From Gammaproteobacteria bacterium (GTDB lineage Bacteria; Pseudomonadota; Gammaproteobacteria; Magnimaribacterales; AG-339-G14), in NCBI GenBank assembly GCA_004213955.1, contig SGZL01000005.1, positions 401 through 64,400 on the forward strand: a stretch of DNA of 64,000 nt, given 5' to 3'. The notes beneath the pieces are model-generated. The model had not been told where the DNA came from. It ran no database searches and saw only the letters and a list, made by a program, of their open reading frames with translations. A program made the translations under genes and the position numbers. This document shows, in pieces, positions 39,871 through 49,998 of the stretch. The stretch's first letter is position 1. Each line of letters starts with the position of its first letter.

Positions 39871-40315
39871 CAGATAGGCGTTTTACTTCTTCACTAAATT
39901 CTAAAGGATCTTGAAAACTTCTATAGACAGAAGCAAATCTAACAAAAGCAACTTCGTCTATCTTTCGTAAAAATTTCATAACCGTCTCACCAATTTGCTT
40001 AGAAGGAATCTCTCTTTCGCCAAGCGATCTGATTTCTTTTTTTATGTCTTCAATGAGTTTCAGAAATTCTTCCTGACTGACAGGTCTTTTTTCCAAGGAT
40101 CTGGCGATGCCCTCTTTAAGCTTAGTTTCATCAAAAGGAACCCTCGATTTATCTTGTTTGATTATTTTCGGCATTACCAACTCTGCCAATTCGTAAGTTG
40201 TCCACCTTTCTTGACACCTTAAACATTCTCTACGGCGGCGGATTTCATTTCCGTCAGCCACAAGGCGTGAGTCAATTACCTTACTTTCTTCAAAGGTGCA
40301 AAATGGGCAATGCAT
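39863..40315 (-). CDS. nrdR: Transcriptional repressor NrdR
   Basis: [24 protein letters not shown] cone, [13 protein letters not shown]. Confidence 0.97.
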   Translation of the reverse strand: MHCPFCTFEESKVIDSRLVADGNEIRRRRECLRCQERWTTYELAELVMPKIIKQDKSRVPFDETKLKEGIARSLEKRPVSQEEFLKLIEDIKKEIRSLGEREIPSKQIGETVMKFLRKIDEVAFVRFASVYRSFQDPLEFSEEVKRLSDD

Positions 40316-40318
40316 GGG

Positions 40319-41572
40319 TTATCTTGAATATACTGGAAATTGCAAACAGAGATCTCTTACCTCATTTTTAGTAGTTTCTATTAGTTTTTTATTGTCGATA
40401 TCATTAATGATATCAGTGATCCAACTTGCAATCATATTCATTTCATTTTCTTTAAATCCTCTTCTGGTAACGGCTGGCGTTCCAATTCTAATTCCCGAGG
40501 TGACGAAAGGGGATTGAGGATCGTTTGGAACGGAATTTTTATTCACGGTAATATGAGCATCACCAAGTGCGGCATCTAGAACTTTTCCGGTTAAGTTATT
40601 TTTTACTAAATTCACTAAAAACATGTGATTAGCTGTTCCATTTGAAACTATATCAATGTCTTTATTCATCAAAGAATTACTTAGTTCTTTAGCATTGGTT
40701 AAAATCTGCTTTTGGTAGTCTATAAATTCAGGTTCCATCGCCTCTTTAAAGCAAACCGCTTTAGCTGCAATGATATGCATTAAAGGACCGCCTTGCGATC
40801 CTGGGAATAAAGCAGAGTTTAATTTTTTATGCAAATCTTCGTTTTCTCTAGCCAAAATTAAACCACCTCGGGGACCAATTAAAGTTTTATGAGTTGTGGT
40901 AGTAACTACGTCAGCATAAGGAACTGGACTAGGATAGAGACCAGCTGCAACTAAACCTGACACGTGAGAAATATCTGCCAAAAGGTAAGCGCCAATCGAA
41001 TCAGCGATTTCTCTAAATTTTGGAAAATCTAAAACACCGGAAAAAGCTGAAAAGCCGCAAATGATAAGTTTTGGTTTATGCTCGTTCGCTAATCTCTGAA
41101 CCTCTTCATAATCAATGTCACCAGTTTCATCGATACCGTAACTGTAGGATTCGTAAATTTTTCCTGAAAAGTTTACTTTTGAACCATGCGTCAAGTGACC
41201 ACCATGATCCAAACTCATTCCTAGAATTTTGTCGCCAGCATTGAGTAAGGCTAAAAAAACCGCAGCATTTGCACTCGCGCCAGAATGCGGTTGAACATTG
41301 GCAAAATCTGCTTTAAATAATTCTTTGGCTCGATCAATCGCAAGTTGCTCGGCTACGTCAACAAATTCACACCCACCGTAATACCTTTTTCCAGGATAGC
41401 CTTCGGCATATTTATTGGTCAAAATTGAACCTTGAGCTTCAAGGATTCTAGGTGAAGCATAATTTTCTGATGCAATCAGCTCAATATGCTCTTCTTGTCT
41501 TTTTTTCTCGCCCTCAAAAGCTTCCCAAAGCTCTGAATCAAAACTTTCAATTGTAAAATTATTACCATACAT
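40319..41572 (-). CDS. glyA: Serine hydroxymethyltransferase
   Basis: [48 protein letters not shown]. Confidence 0.97.
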   Translation of the reverse strand: MYGNNFTIESFDSELWEAFEGEKKRQEEHIELIASENYASPRILEAQGSILTNKYAEGYPGKRYYGGCEFVDVAEQLAIDRAKELFKADFANVQPHSGASANAAVFLALLNAGDKILGMSLDHGGHLTHGSKVNFSGKIYESYSYGIDETGDIDYEEVQRLANEHKPKLIICGFSAFSGVLDFPKFREIADSIGAYLLADISHVSGLVAAGLYPSPVPYADVVTTTTHKTLIGPRGGLILARENEDLHKKLNSALFPGSQGGPLMHIIAAKAVCFKEAMEPEFIDYQKQILTNAKELSNSLMNKDIDIVSNGTANHMFLVNLVKNNLTGKVLDAALGDAHITVNKNSVPNDPQSPFVTSGIRIGTPAVTRRGFKENEMNMIASWITDIINDIDNKKLIETTKNEVRDLCLQFPVYSR

Positions 41573-41604
41573 AGAGAAAATTATACCTCTAAGAAAAGGT
41601 ATTT

Positions 41605-42258
41605 CTATGCTTTATTGGTTATAACCTTACTTCTTCTTTTGGGATAAAGCTTATTACAGATCTTACATTCTAAGCCATAGCATTCCCGAGCCGAGCAAAA
41701 TTCACGACCGTAAAAAATGATTTGCAAATGTAATTTGCCCCAATCTTTTTCTGGGAAAAGTTTTTTCAAGTCTTTTTCTGTTTCTTCGACGTTTTTTCCT
41801 TTACTTAAGCCCCATCTTTGCGCCAAACGATGGATATGCGTATCGACAGCAAAACTGGGTTGACCAAAGGCCTGATTCACTACCACTGAAGCTGTCTTAT
41901 GACCGACTCCAGCTAGGGTTTCCAAAGTCTTTATATCTCTGGGTATTCTGGAATTATATTTTTCTTTTAGTATCTTTGAAGTTTTTAAAATGGCTTTAGT
42001 TTTTTTTGGGGCGAGCCCACAGGATTTGATGATTGCATAGATTTTTTTCTCACCAAGTCGCAGCATAGCCTCTGGATTTTTAGCCAATTTAAATAAATCC
42101 TTAGTGACTATATTTACTCGTTCATCGGTACATTGAGCACTCAGCAACACGGCAATGAGTAAAGTGTAGCTGTTAGAAAAATTTAGCGGAGGCTTTGGAT
42201 TAGGATACATCCGATTTAGAGTTCTTTGAACATACCTGGCTCTTTCTTTTATGTTCAT
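41605..42258 (-). CDS. nth: Endonuclease III
   Basis: [12 protein letters not shown], Hh[18 protein letters not shown]-terminal four-Cys cluster. Start probably ATG 42258 (track gives 42279). Confidence 0.92.
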   Translation of the reverse strand: MNIKERARYVQRTLNRMYPNPKPPLNFSNSYTLLIAVLLSAQCTDERVNIVTKDLFKLAKNPEAMLRLGEKKIYAIIKSCGLAPKKTKAILKTSKILKEKYNSRIPRDIKTLETLAGVGHKTASVVVNQAFGQPSFAVDTHIHRLAQRWGLSKGKNVEETEKDLKKLFPEKDWGKLHLQIIFYGREFCSARECYGLECKICNKLYPKRRSKVITNKA

Positions 42259-42284
42259 GAGTACTTTATTTAAGCACAATTATA

Positions 42285-42432
42285 TTTGCGATAACGATCA
42301 ATTTATGTAGAATATTTCCAAGTTTAGGGAAAAACTAATTAAAAGTGACAAAGTTTAGGAGAAACTTGTTTCATTTTTTATTCTTTAAAAATTTATCCCT
42401 TCACGTTTTTTATTAACCAAGGAGGGAGAGTT
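42285..42432 (+). promoter_or_regulatory. Promoter and structured 5' leader of TBDR-A with GGA-loop hairpins (CsrA/RsmA-like sites)
   Basis: TTGCGA-N16-TAGAAT (42286-42313); AGTTT-AGGGAA-AAACT (42321-42336); AAGTTT-AGGAG-AAACTT (42351-42367); SD region CAAGGAGGGAG. Confidence 0.55.
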
Positions 42433-45400
42433 TTGAAAAATCCAACCAAATATTTTTTTATAAGTTTAACTTTATTATTACTTAATGCCACTGCCTTTGC
42501 GCAGACAATAGAGGAAGTGACAGTCACTGCAGCTAGAAAAGAACAATCTGTTCAAGACGTTGCAATTTCTGTGCAAGCGATTACAAATGAAGATCTGCGT
42601 TTAGGTCATATTGAAACTGCTGATGACCTTACTTCTACCATTCCTGGTTTTGATTTCACAGAAGGCTTGGGTAGTGGAGTCATTTTGAAAATTAGAGGAC
42701 TTACGATGGTTACTATCGGGTCTGCCATTGTAGAAGCTGGTATCACAGCACAAAACGGTCACCACATAAATAACCGACCGTTTTCTACAACAGGTTTTTA
42801 CGACGCCGATAGAATTGAAATTTTAGAAGGCCCTCAAGGGACTTTGTATGGCAGAAACAGTACCACTGGATTGATTAATTTCATCACGGCAAAACCAGGC
42901 GCTGACCAATACCTTTCTTTAACAGCAGGCGCTGATGGTTTGTCCCAATTTAAGTTTGCAAGAGATTTTGAATTATCCGATACCGTTATGATGAGAATAG
43001 CCGCTACAAAGTACGATAGCGATGGCGTCATTTACAATGCTGGCACAGGAAACGATATTGACGACAGAGATTCTTTTGGAGCAAGAGCTACGCTAGTAGC
43101 TGAAATGAATGATCAAAATACACTAACAGTGCAATTTGAAAAAGTCGCAATTAATGACTCTCGTCAAAACTATGGACTTTCTGCTTGCGACAGAGATGCT
43201 TTTTTTGGTTGCAATCCTTTGACCAGCGATTTCTCTCCGCACCTCAATGCGCCAACTTTAGAAAGTGGGGCGATTACTAGTACTTTCACCACTCTTACAG
43301 ATATTAATGCATCCGGAGCTGATTTATTTGCAGACACTTTTGCAAACAGAATCAATAGCATCGATTCAATTAATAAGGATTTAGATCCTTACAGAAAAGA
43401 TAACATGAAAATTTTCTCACTCACTAACGTTTCTGAGTTAGACGATCTGACAGTGACTGTCAAAGGAACTTTTGTAGATCAGGATTTAATTCAATTTAAT
43501 GACAACGATCACTCCAATGCTACAGGAGCTTTAAACAGTACTTTCATTCCAGCACCGGCATTTAGTATTGCCGAGTTAAGAACACATTGTCTCGGCACTT
43601 TGACTAATGTCACAACAAACCAAGCCTTTGAATGTTCTGACACAGAAACCACGACACAACAATATGAAGTTAATGTCGTAAGTGACTTTGATGGGCCTTT
43701 TAACTTTACTGCTGGAGCTTATGTTTACAAAGATACCACTTGGAATCAGTACAACATTCAATTGACTCCATACTTGTTGCTAAACGATTTTGATCAGCAT
43801 CCGTATTCAACTTCTGGTTTGTTTGGAACTTACACACCAACGATGAACACTTATGGTGGACAAGGGTTTTATGCAATGTTTGCCGGCCAATTACAAGCTA
43901 ATGCTGCTGACATTACTGCTGCTACGAATGCTGCTGGTGCAGCTGCTATTCAAAGCGGGGCAACTCAAGGCGATGCTACTTTTGTTGGCGCAACCACAGT
44001 TGCGTTAGTAGGTCAATTGCAAACTAATGTCGGACCAGATATTACAGCTGCTTGTATAGCTTTAAACCCAGCTTTTGCTATTTCAGGTCATGCTGCCGAA
44101 GGAGTTAACCCTTGTGTGAAAAGTTTACCTGCTCAAGCCGGTGGTTTGAATACCGATCAACATACGCAAAGAAATTCTCAAGCCCTTTACGGAGAGCTAT
44201 ATTTCGACGTACTTGATAACTTAAAAATTACTTTAGGGGCGCGTTACATGGATGATCGATTTGGATCTCAAGTCATACAAGGTTTATCAGATACTGCTGG
44301 CGCGTACGCTGGCACTGCAGCTTGTCTAACCACTAATTACGATGCTTGTTGGCAATCAGCAGCGCTTCCTTCAGATGATAAAAATGAAGTGGCAACCTAT
44401 AAAGCCGCAGTTCAATACGATTATGCCGACGGTATGGTTTACGCATCTTATGTCACTGGAAACCGTCCACAAGGCGCTAATCCCGATAGTACTGTCTTCG
44501 CAGAATCCGAGTCGAAGCAAATTGAAATTGGGACTAGAAATATTCTCTTTGGCGGAGCTTTAAGATTAAATGCGACTTACTTCACTACTGATATTGAAGA
44601 TGGACAGACAAGTACTATAAGGTTTGCGGCTGCTTACGTTGAGCCCCATGACATGACACATGAAGGACTCCAATTTAATGTCCAAGGTTTTGTAACTCCA
44701 ACTACGATTATTTCAGTCAGCGCCTTGGCAACCGACAGCACATACGACACGGTAGCTGCGACTACAGATAACGTAACAGCTTCAACAACTTTAGGCTATA
44801 TCTATGCTAACGGTTCACTGTCACTGGATCCGCATAATCCAACTAATGCTACAAGTTTTACTAACTACACTAGAGCTCAAGCAGGGGCTATTGCAGTCGG
44901 AGCATCTAATGCTGACACAGTTTTGCAAACGATTTGCAGTAACGTAGCTGCAATAGCTAATTTTTGCCCAACAGTAACTTATGCACAAGACAGCAATGGA
45001 AACTGGCTTATTAATCCACTAGGTGAAGTTTATGCAATAGCTAATTCTTCGTTTACGCCACTTGATTCAGAAGCAGGATTTTCTACTTACAATCAATTGC
45101 AAGAGATCGGGGGGAATAAAGTCGTAGGTACTGTTGATCTTGAGACTACTGTGACTTTGACACAAATGTATCAATTTGCAGGCGGATCAGGAATGTTAAA
45201 TCTTTCATATCATTACAAAGACGCTTACTTTAATGATTTCTTTAACACCCCGAGATTTACCTCGCCTTCAACAGAGTATTTTAATTTCAATGCTACTTAT
45301 GAGCCAGATAATGCCGATTGGTATTTAAACTTGTGGGCAAGAAATCTTACAGATAAAAGGTACATCAACTCTATCGCTAAGAACAGTAACTTACAAGGTG

Positions 45401-45465
45401 GAAACCCATATTTAACTTTCGATCAAGGAAGAAAAGTTGGGTTAGACTTTGGATACAATTTCTAA
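42433..45465 (+). CDS. TonB-dependent receptor (paralog A)
   Basis: Signal peptide, IEEVTVTAARKEQSVQDVAISV, RIEILEGPQGTLYGRNSTTGLIN, C-terminal GLDFGYNF. Confidence 0.93.
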   Translation: MKNPTKYFFISLTLLLLNATAFAQTIEEVTVTAARKEQSVQDVAISVQAITNEDLRLGHIETADDLTSTIPGFDFTEGLGSGVILKIRGLTMVTIGSAIVEAGITAQNGHHINNRPFSTTGFYDADRIEILEGPQGTLYGRNSTTGLINFITAKPGADQYLSLTAGADGLSQFKFARDFELSDTVMMRIAATKYDSDGVIYNAGTGNDIDDRDSFGARATLVAEMNDQNTLTVQFEKVAINDSRQNYGLSACDRDAFFGCNPLTSDFSPHLNAPTLESGAITSTFTTLTDINASGADLFADTFANRINSIDSINKDLDPYRKDNMKIFSLTNVSELDDLTVTVKGTFVDQDLIQFNDNDHSNATGALNSTFIPAPAFSIAELRTHCLGTLTNVTTNQAFECSDTETTTQQYEVNVVSDFDGPFNFTAGAYVYKDTTWNQYNIQLTPYLLLNDFDQHPYSTSGLFGTYTPTMNTYGGQGFYAMFAGQLQANAADITAATNAAGAAAIQSGATQGDATFVGATTVALVGQLQTNVGPDITAACIALNPAFAISGHAAEGVNPCVKSLPAQAGGLNTDQHTQRNSQALYGELYFDVLDNLKITLGARYMDDRFGSQVIQGLSDTAGAYAGTAACLTTNYDACWQSAALPSDDKNEVATYKAAVQYDYADGMVYASYVTGNRPQGANPDSTVFAESESKQIEIGTRNILFGGALRLNATYFTTDIEDGQTSTIRFAAAYVEPHDMTHEGLQFNVQGFVTPTTIISVSALATDSTYDTVAATTDNVTASTTLGYIYANGSLSLDPHNPTNATSFTNYTRAQAGAIAVGASNADTVLQTICSNVAAIANFCPTVTYAQDSNGNWLINPLGEVYAIANSSFTPLDSEAGFSTYNQLQEIGGNKVVGTVDLETTVTLTQMYQFAGGSGMLNLSYHYKDAYFNDFFNTPRFTSPSTEYFNFNATYEPDNADWYLNLWARNLTDKRYINSIAKNSNLQGGNPYLTFDQGRKVGLDFGYNF

Positions 45466-45480
45466 AGCCAAAACTTAAAT

Positions 45481-45509
45481 AAAAGCCCTGCGTTTGCGGG
45501 GCTTTTTTT
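45481..45509 (+). terminator. Rho-independent terminator
   Basis: AAAAGCCCTGC-GTTT-GCGGGGC-T7. Confidence 0.88.
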
Positions 45510-45533
45510 ATGCTTTCAAAGCCCTACATTTGC

Positions 45534-45683
45534 TTGTCATCTATAATTAGCTAGGGTATTATTTTGCCAAAGGGGAGAAATCTTTTCGTCAAGGACTGAC
45601 GAATCTTTCATAAAAGCTCAAGGGAATGAGATACAACTAGTATTTCTTCTGTATTAATTATTGAGCTCAAGAGGGAGGAGTCA
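45534..45683 (+). promoter_or_regulatory. Promoter and structured 5' leader of TBDR-B with GGA-loop hairpins (CsrA/RsmA-like sites)
   Basis: TTGTCA-N17-TATTAT (45534-45562); AAAGG-GGAGAAA-TCTTT (45569-45585); TTCGTCA-AGGAC-TGACGAA (45585-45603); CTCA-AGGGAA-TGAG (45617-45630); SD GAGGGAGGAG. Confidence 0.6.
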
Positions 45684-48650
45684 GTGAAAAATTTTATAAA
45701 ATATCTAATAATTGGTGCAACCTTAGTGTTACTTAACACTTTTGCGTTTGCCCAAACATTAGAAGAAGTAACAGTTACAGCAGCTAGGAAAGAACAGTCA
45801 GTTCAAGACGTTGCGATTTCAGTACAAGCCATCACAGGTGATGATTTGGAACTACAACACATCGATACAGCTGATGATTTAGCTTCTACAATTCCAGGTT
45901 TCGACTTTTCTGAAGCCCTAGGAAGTGGAGTGCTCTTAAAAATTAGAGGATTATCAATTGCAACTATTGGTTCTGCTGGTACCGCACCCGCGATAACTGC
46001 ACAAAATGGTCACCAAATTGGTAACCGACCTTTTTCAACCATTGGGTTTTACGACGCCGATAGGATTGAAATCTTAGAAGGTCCTCAAGGAACTTTGTAT
46101 GGAAGAAACAGTACAACTGGTTTGATTAATTTTATTACTGCAAAGCCAGGAGCAGATCAATACTTAACTATATCAGCTGGTGCTGATGGGTTAAACCAAG
46201 TTAAGTTTGCTAGAGATTTTGAATTGTCTGACACAGTTTCAATGAGAATAGCTGGAACAAAGTACGACAAGGATGGAGTTGTATACAACGCAGGTACCGG
46301 TAATGATATTGACGACCGTGACTCTTTTGGACTCAGATCAACTATCGTTGCTGAATTAAATGATACGAACACTTTAACTTTTCAGCTAGAAAAGACAGCA
46401 GTAAACGATAATCGTCAAAATTATGGTTTATCAGCTTGTAATAGAGACGCATTCTTTGGTTGCAGCCCTCTAACCACAGATTTCTCTTCGCATCTAAATA
46501 GACCCACATTAGCTAGCGGTTCAATCACTAACACCTTTAACGCTTTAACTAACATTAATGCTTCCGGTGCGGATTTATTTGCAGCTACTGACGCAGCTAG
46601 AGTGAATAACATTGACACTATCAATAAAGATACTGATCCATCTAGAAAAGATAATTTTGAAATGGCATCATTAACTAATGTGACCGAATTAGACAATATG
46701 ACAGTTACATTAAAAGCAACTTTTGTTGATCAAAACTATCACCACATCACTGATAACGATCACTCCAATGCGACTGGAGCTCTAAACAGTAGCTTTATTC
46801 CAGCGCCAGCATTTAGTATTCCTACGTTAAGAACTTTCTGTTTAGGCGATCTGACTAACGTTACTACCGATAGAGCTTTTGAATGTAGTATCGTGGACAC
46901 TACAAGTGAGCAGTTCGAAGTGAACTTAGTTTCTGATTTTGATGGGCCTTTTAACTTTACTGTTGGGGCTTACAACTACATGGATAACACTTACAACCAG
47001 TACAACATTCAAACAACTGCCTACTTGTTGTTGAACGATTTCGATCAGCACCCGTATTCTACAAGTGGATTGTTTGGAACCTATACCCCGACTATGAACA
47101 CCTTTGGTGGACAAGCTTTTTACAGTGTTTTCGCTGGGGCATTGCAAGCAAATGGTGCTGCTTTAGCAGGGGCTGCAGCACAAGGAACAGCAGCAGTAGT
47201 TACTGCTCTTCAAGATTTAGTTGGTCCAGGAATCAATACTGCCTGTGAAGGACTAAATCCTGCTTTCGGAGTAGCAGGTCAAGCTCTTGCAGCATTTAAT
47301 CCGTGTGTGAAAAGCATGCCTACGGAAGCTGGTGGACTTATCTCAGACCAAAGAACACAAAGGGATTCGCAAGCGGTTTACGGTGAATTCTACTGGGATG
47401 CAACTGACAACTTAAAAATAACATTAGGGGCTCGTTACATGGATGACCGATTTGCTACTAGAACAATGCAAGGGTTATCAGATACTGCATATACAGGCGG
47501 TGCGGCTTGTGTAACAACTGATTATCAAGCTTGTTACAATCAAGGTTCAACTACTTCAGCGTCTAAAAATGAAGTTTCTACTTACAAAGCTGCTATTCAA
47601 TACAGCTACGATGCAGGTATGGTATATGCATCATTTGTGACTGGTAACCGACCTCAAGGAGCTAACCCAGACGCAACGATTTATAAAGAATCTGAATCTG
47701 AGCAAATAGAAATTGGGACCAGAAACGTCTTATTTGGTGGAGCGCTTCGTTTGAACGCAACTTTCTTCTCGCAAGAAGTTACCGATTCACAACAAAGTGT
47801 TATCAGGTTCTCCTCAGCTTACGTTGAACCTCATGACTTCACACACGAAGGCTTTCAGTTAAATCTTCAAGGATTTATTACACCTACAACAATCATCTCT
47901 GTGAATGCTTTAACTACTGACAGTACGTTTGACACAATCGCGGCATCAGCAACTAATACTACTTCATCAGCTAGTCTTGGTTATGCATATTCCGCGGGAT
48001 CAATGTCATTGGACCCACAAAATCCAACGGCAGCAACTAGTTTTACTAACATCAGCAGAGCTACGGCAGCTGCGACTACAGTAGGTGCCACTACTTTGGA
48101 TGCTGGACTTCAAGCGATTTGTGGAGCTCTTCCAGCAGCTATTGCTAGGACTTGTGCAACTGTGAGCTATGCTCAAGACAGCTCGGGTAATTACCTGATC
48201 AACTCTTTTGGTGATGTCTACGCAATTGCTAATCAGACTTTAACTCCAATCGGAGCACAAGGATTTAGCACTTACAATGTCATGCAAGAAATTGGTGGCA
48301 ATAAAGTTCCTGGCACGGCCGACTTGGAGACAACCGTGACTTTAACTCAGCTTTACCAATTTGGTGGTGGTTCTGGAGCAATAAACCTTTCTTATCACTA
48401 TAAAGATGTGGTTCAAGGAGATTTATTTAATAATTCTAGATATGCATCTCCTGACACTGAGTACTTCAACTTGAATGCTACTTACGAGCCAGATAATGCC
48501 GATTGGTATATCAACCTTTGGGCAAGGAATATCTTAGATAAAAGACATATCAACTCCATATCTAAAAACAGTAACCTTCAAGGAGGTAACCCATTCTTAA
48601 CTTTTGACCAAGGTCGAAAACTAGGATTAGATTTTGGATACAATTTCTAA
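45684..48650 (+). CDS. TonB-dependent receptor (paralog B)
   Basis: Same architecture and long stretches of identical residues relative to paralog A; ends GLDFGYNF. Confidence 0.93.
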   Translation: MKNFIKYLIIGATLVLLNTFAFAQTLEEVTVTAARKEQSVQDVAISVQAITGDDLELQHIDTADDLASTIPGFDFSEALGSGVLLKIRGLSIATIGSAGTAPAITAQNGHQIGNRPFSTIGFYDADRIEILEGPQGTLYGRNSTTGLINFITAKPGADQYLTISAGADGLNQVKFARDFELSDTVSMRIAGTKYDKDGVVYNAGTGNDIDDRDSFGLRSTIVAELNDTNTLTFQLEKTAVNDNRQNYGLSACNRDAFFGCSPLTTDFSSHLNRPTLASGSITNTFNALTNINASGADLFAATDAARVNNIDTINKDTDPSRKDNFEMASLTNVTELDNMTVTLKATFVDQNYHHITDNDHSNATGALNSSFIPAPAFSIPTLRTFCLGDLTNVTTDRAFECSIVDTTSEQFEVNLVSDFDGPFNFTVGAYNYMDNTYNQYNIQTTAYLLLNDFDQHPYSTSGLFGTYTPTMNTFGGQAFYSVFAGALQANGAALAGAAAQGTAAVVTALQDLVGPGINTACEGLNPAFGVAGQALAAFNPCVKSMPTEAGGLISDQRTQRDSQAVYGEFYWDATDNLKITLGARYMDDRFATRTMQGLSDTAYTGGAACVTTDYQACYNQGSTTSASKNEVSTYKAAIQYSYDAGMVYASFVTGNRPQGANPDATIYKESESEQIEIGTRNVLFGGALRLNATFFSQEVTDSQQSVIRFSSAYVEPHDFTHEGFQLNLQGFITPTTIISVNALTTDSTFDTIAASATNTTSSASLGYAYSAGSMSLDPQNPTAATSFTNISRATAAATTVGATTLDAGLQAICGALPAAIARTCATVSYAQDSSGNYLINSFGDVYAIANQTLTPIGAQGFSTYNVMQEIGGNKVPGTADLETTVTLTQLYQFGGGSGAINLSYHYKDVVQGDLFNNSRYASPDTEYFNLNATYEPDNADWYINLWARNILDKRHINSISKNSNLQGGNPFLTFDQGRKLGLDFGYNF

Positions 48651-48664
48651 GAAAACTCATATGT

Positions 48665-48697
48665 AAAAAAAGCCCTGCTTTAGCAGGGCTTTTTTTT
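48665..48697 (+). terminator. Rho-independent terminator
   Basis: A7-GCCCTGC-TTTA-GCAGGGC-T8; stem nearly identical to the one after paralog A. Confidence 0.9.
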
Positions 48698-48780
48698 AAA
48701 ACAGAATAGAATAACTATCGTAAATTATTTATAATCATCTTTCGGTACAGAGACCGAGTTAACGAATTTTAGGAGAAATT

Positions 48781-49974
48781 ATGAGAAATGTAGTGATCGT
48801 AGACAGTGTAAGAACTGGTCTAGCAAAATCATTTAGAGGGGGATTCAATCAAACACGTGCAGACAATATGGGGGCTCATTTGGTCGACGCACTCTTGGAA
48901 AGAAATCCAGGATTAGATCCAGCAGCCGTAGAAGATATGATCTTAGGTTGTGGAGCTCCGGAAGGCGCCCAAGGACATAACATTGCAAGAAATGTAGCAG
49001 TGTTATCTAAGCTTCCAATTGAAGTTGGTGGGACAACTGTGAATAGATATTGTTCTTCTGGCTTACAAACTGTAGCCATGGCAGCAACTCAAGTTCAAAG
49101 CGGTTTCAGTGACTGTATTATGGCTGGTGGAGTAGAATCAATTTCTACAACTCAAGGTAATACCAATATGCACATGTATGTGAACGACAAACTTGCTGCT
49201 GATGTTCCCGGCATTTATCACGCCATGGGCCAAACTGCCGAGTGTGTCGCCAAACGTTACAATGTCACTAGAGAAGCTCAAGATGAATACGCGCTTTCTA
49301 GTCAAGAAAGAACTGCTGCAGCTCAAGAAGCAGGTCTTTACAGTGACGAAATTGTTCCAATGGATACAGTTATGAAACTTGTCAATAAAGAAACTGGAGC
49401 TGAAAAAGATGTTGAAGTCACAGTAGATAGAGACGACTGTAATCGTCCAGAAACTACGCTTGAAGGTCTTTCGTCCTTAAAACCAGTTTTTGATCCAGAA
49501 GGCGGATCTGTTACCGCTGGAAATTCTTCACAACTTTCGGACGGTGCATCTGTTACTTTAGTTATGAGTGAGGAGAAGGCTTTAGAGATGGGCTTAGAAC
49601 CTAAATTGTATTTCAGAGGCTTCACTGTGGTTGGTTGTCAGCCAGACGAGATGGGTATTGGACCAGTGTATTCAATTCCTAAATTACTTAAGTCAGCTGA
49701 TCTGAAGATAGAAGATATTGATCTTTGGGAACTTAATGAAGCTTTCGCTTCTCAAGTAGTCTATATCAGAGATACCTTAGGGTTACCGACTGATAAATTA
49801 AATGTTAACGGTGGATCAATTTCTATTGGCCATCCATTTGGCATGACCGGATCAAGGCAAGTAGGTCATATGGCTCGTGAACTTAATCGCAAAGGCGGCA
49901 AGTACGGAATCGTTACTATGTGCGTTGGTGGCGGTATGGGAGCTACTGGTCTTTTTGAGGCTTATCAATCCTAA
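48781..49974 (+). CDS. Acetyl-CoA C-acyltransferase (3-ketoacyl-CoA thiolase)
   Basis: TVNRYCSSGLQ, TAGNSSQLSDGA, ELNEAFA, GHPFGMTG, TMCVGGGMG. Confidence 0.95.
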   Translation: MRNVVIVDSVRTGLAKSFRGGFNQTRADNMGAHLVDALLERNPGLDPAAVEDMILGCGAPEGAQGHNIARNVAVLSKLPIEVGGTTVNRYCSSGLQTVAMAATQVQSGFSDCIMAGGVESISTTQGNTNMHMYVNDKLAADVPGIYHAMGQTAECVAKRYNVTREAQDEYALSSQERTAAAQEAGLYSDEIVPMDTVMKLVNKETGAEKDVEVTVDRDDCNRPETTLEGLSSLKPVFDPEGGSVTAGNSSQLSDGASVTLVMSEEKALEMGLEPKLYFRGFTVVGCQPDEMGIGPVYSIPKLLKSADLKIEDIDLWELNEAFASQVVYIRDTLGLPTDKLNVNGGSISIGHPFGMTGSRQVGHMARELNRKGGKYGIVTMCVGGGMGATGLFEAYQS

Positions 49975-49998
49975 CTTAAAATTTTTCCGTATCTTTAA

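Noticed and set aside
42256-42268. GAGTACT core resembling an E. coli SlmA-binding site (also near 1902)
   Set aside because: Flanks do not match GTGAGTACTCAC; a 7-mer is expected by chance.
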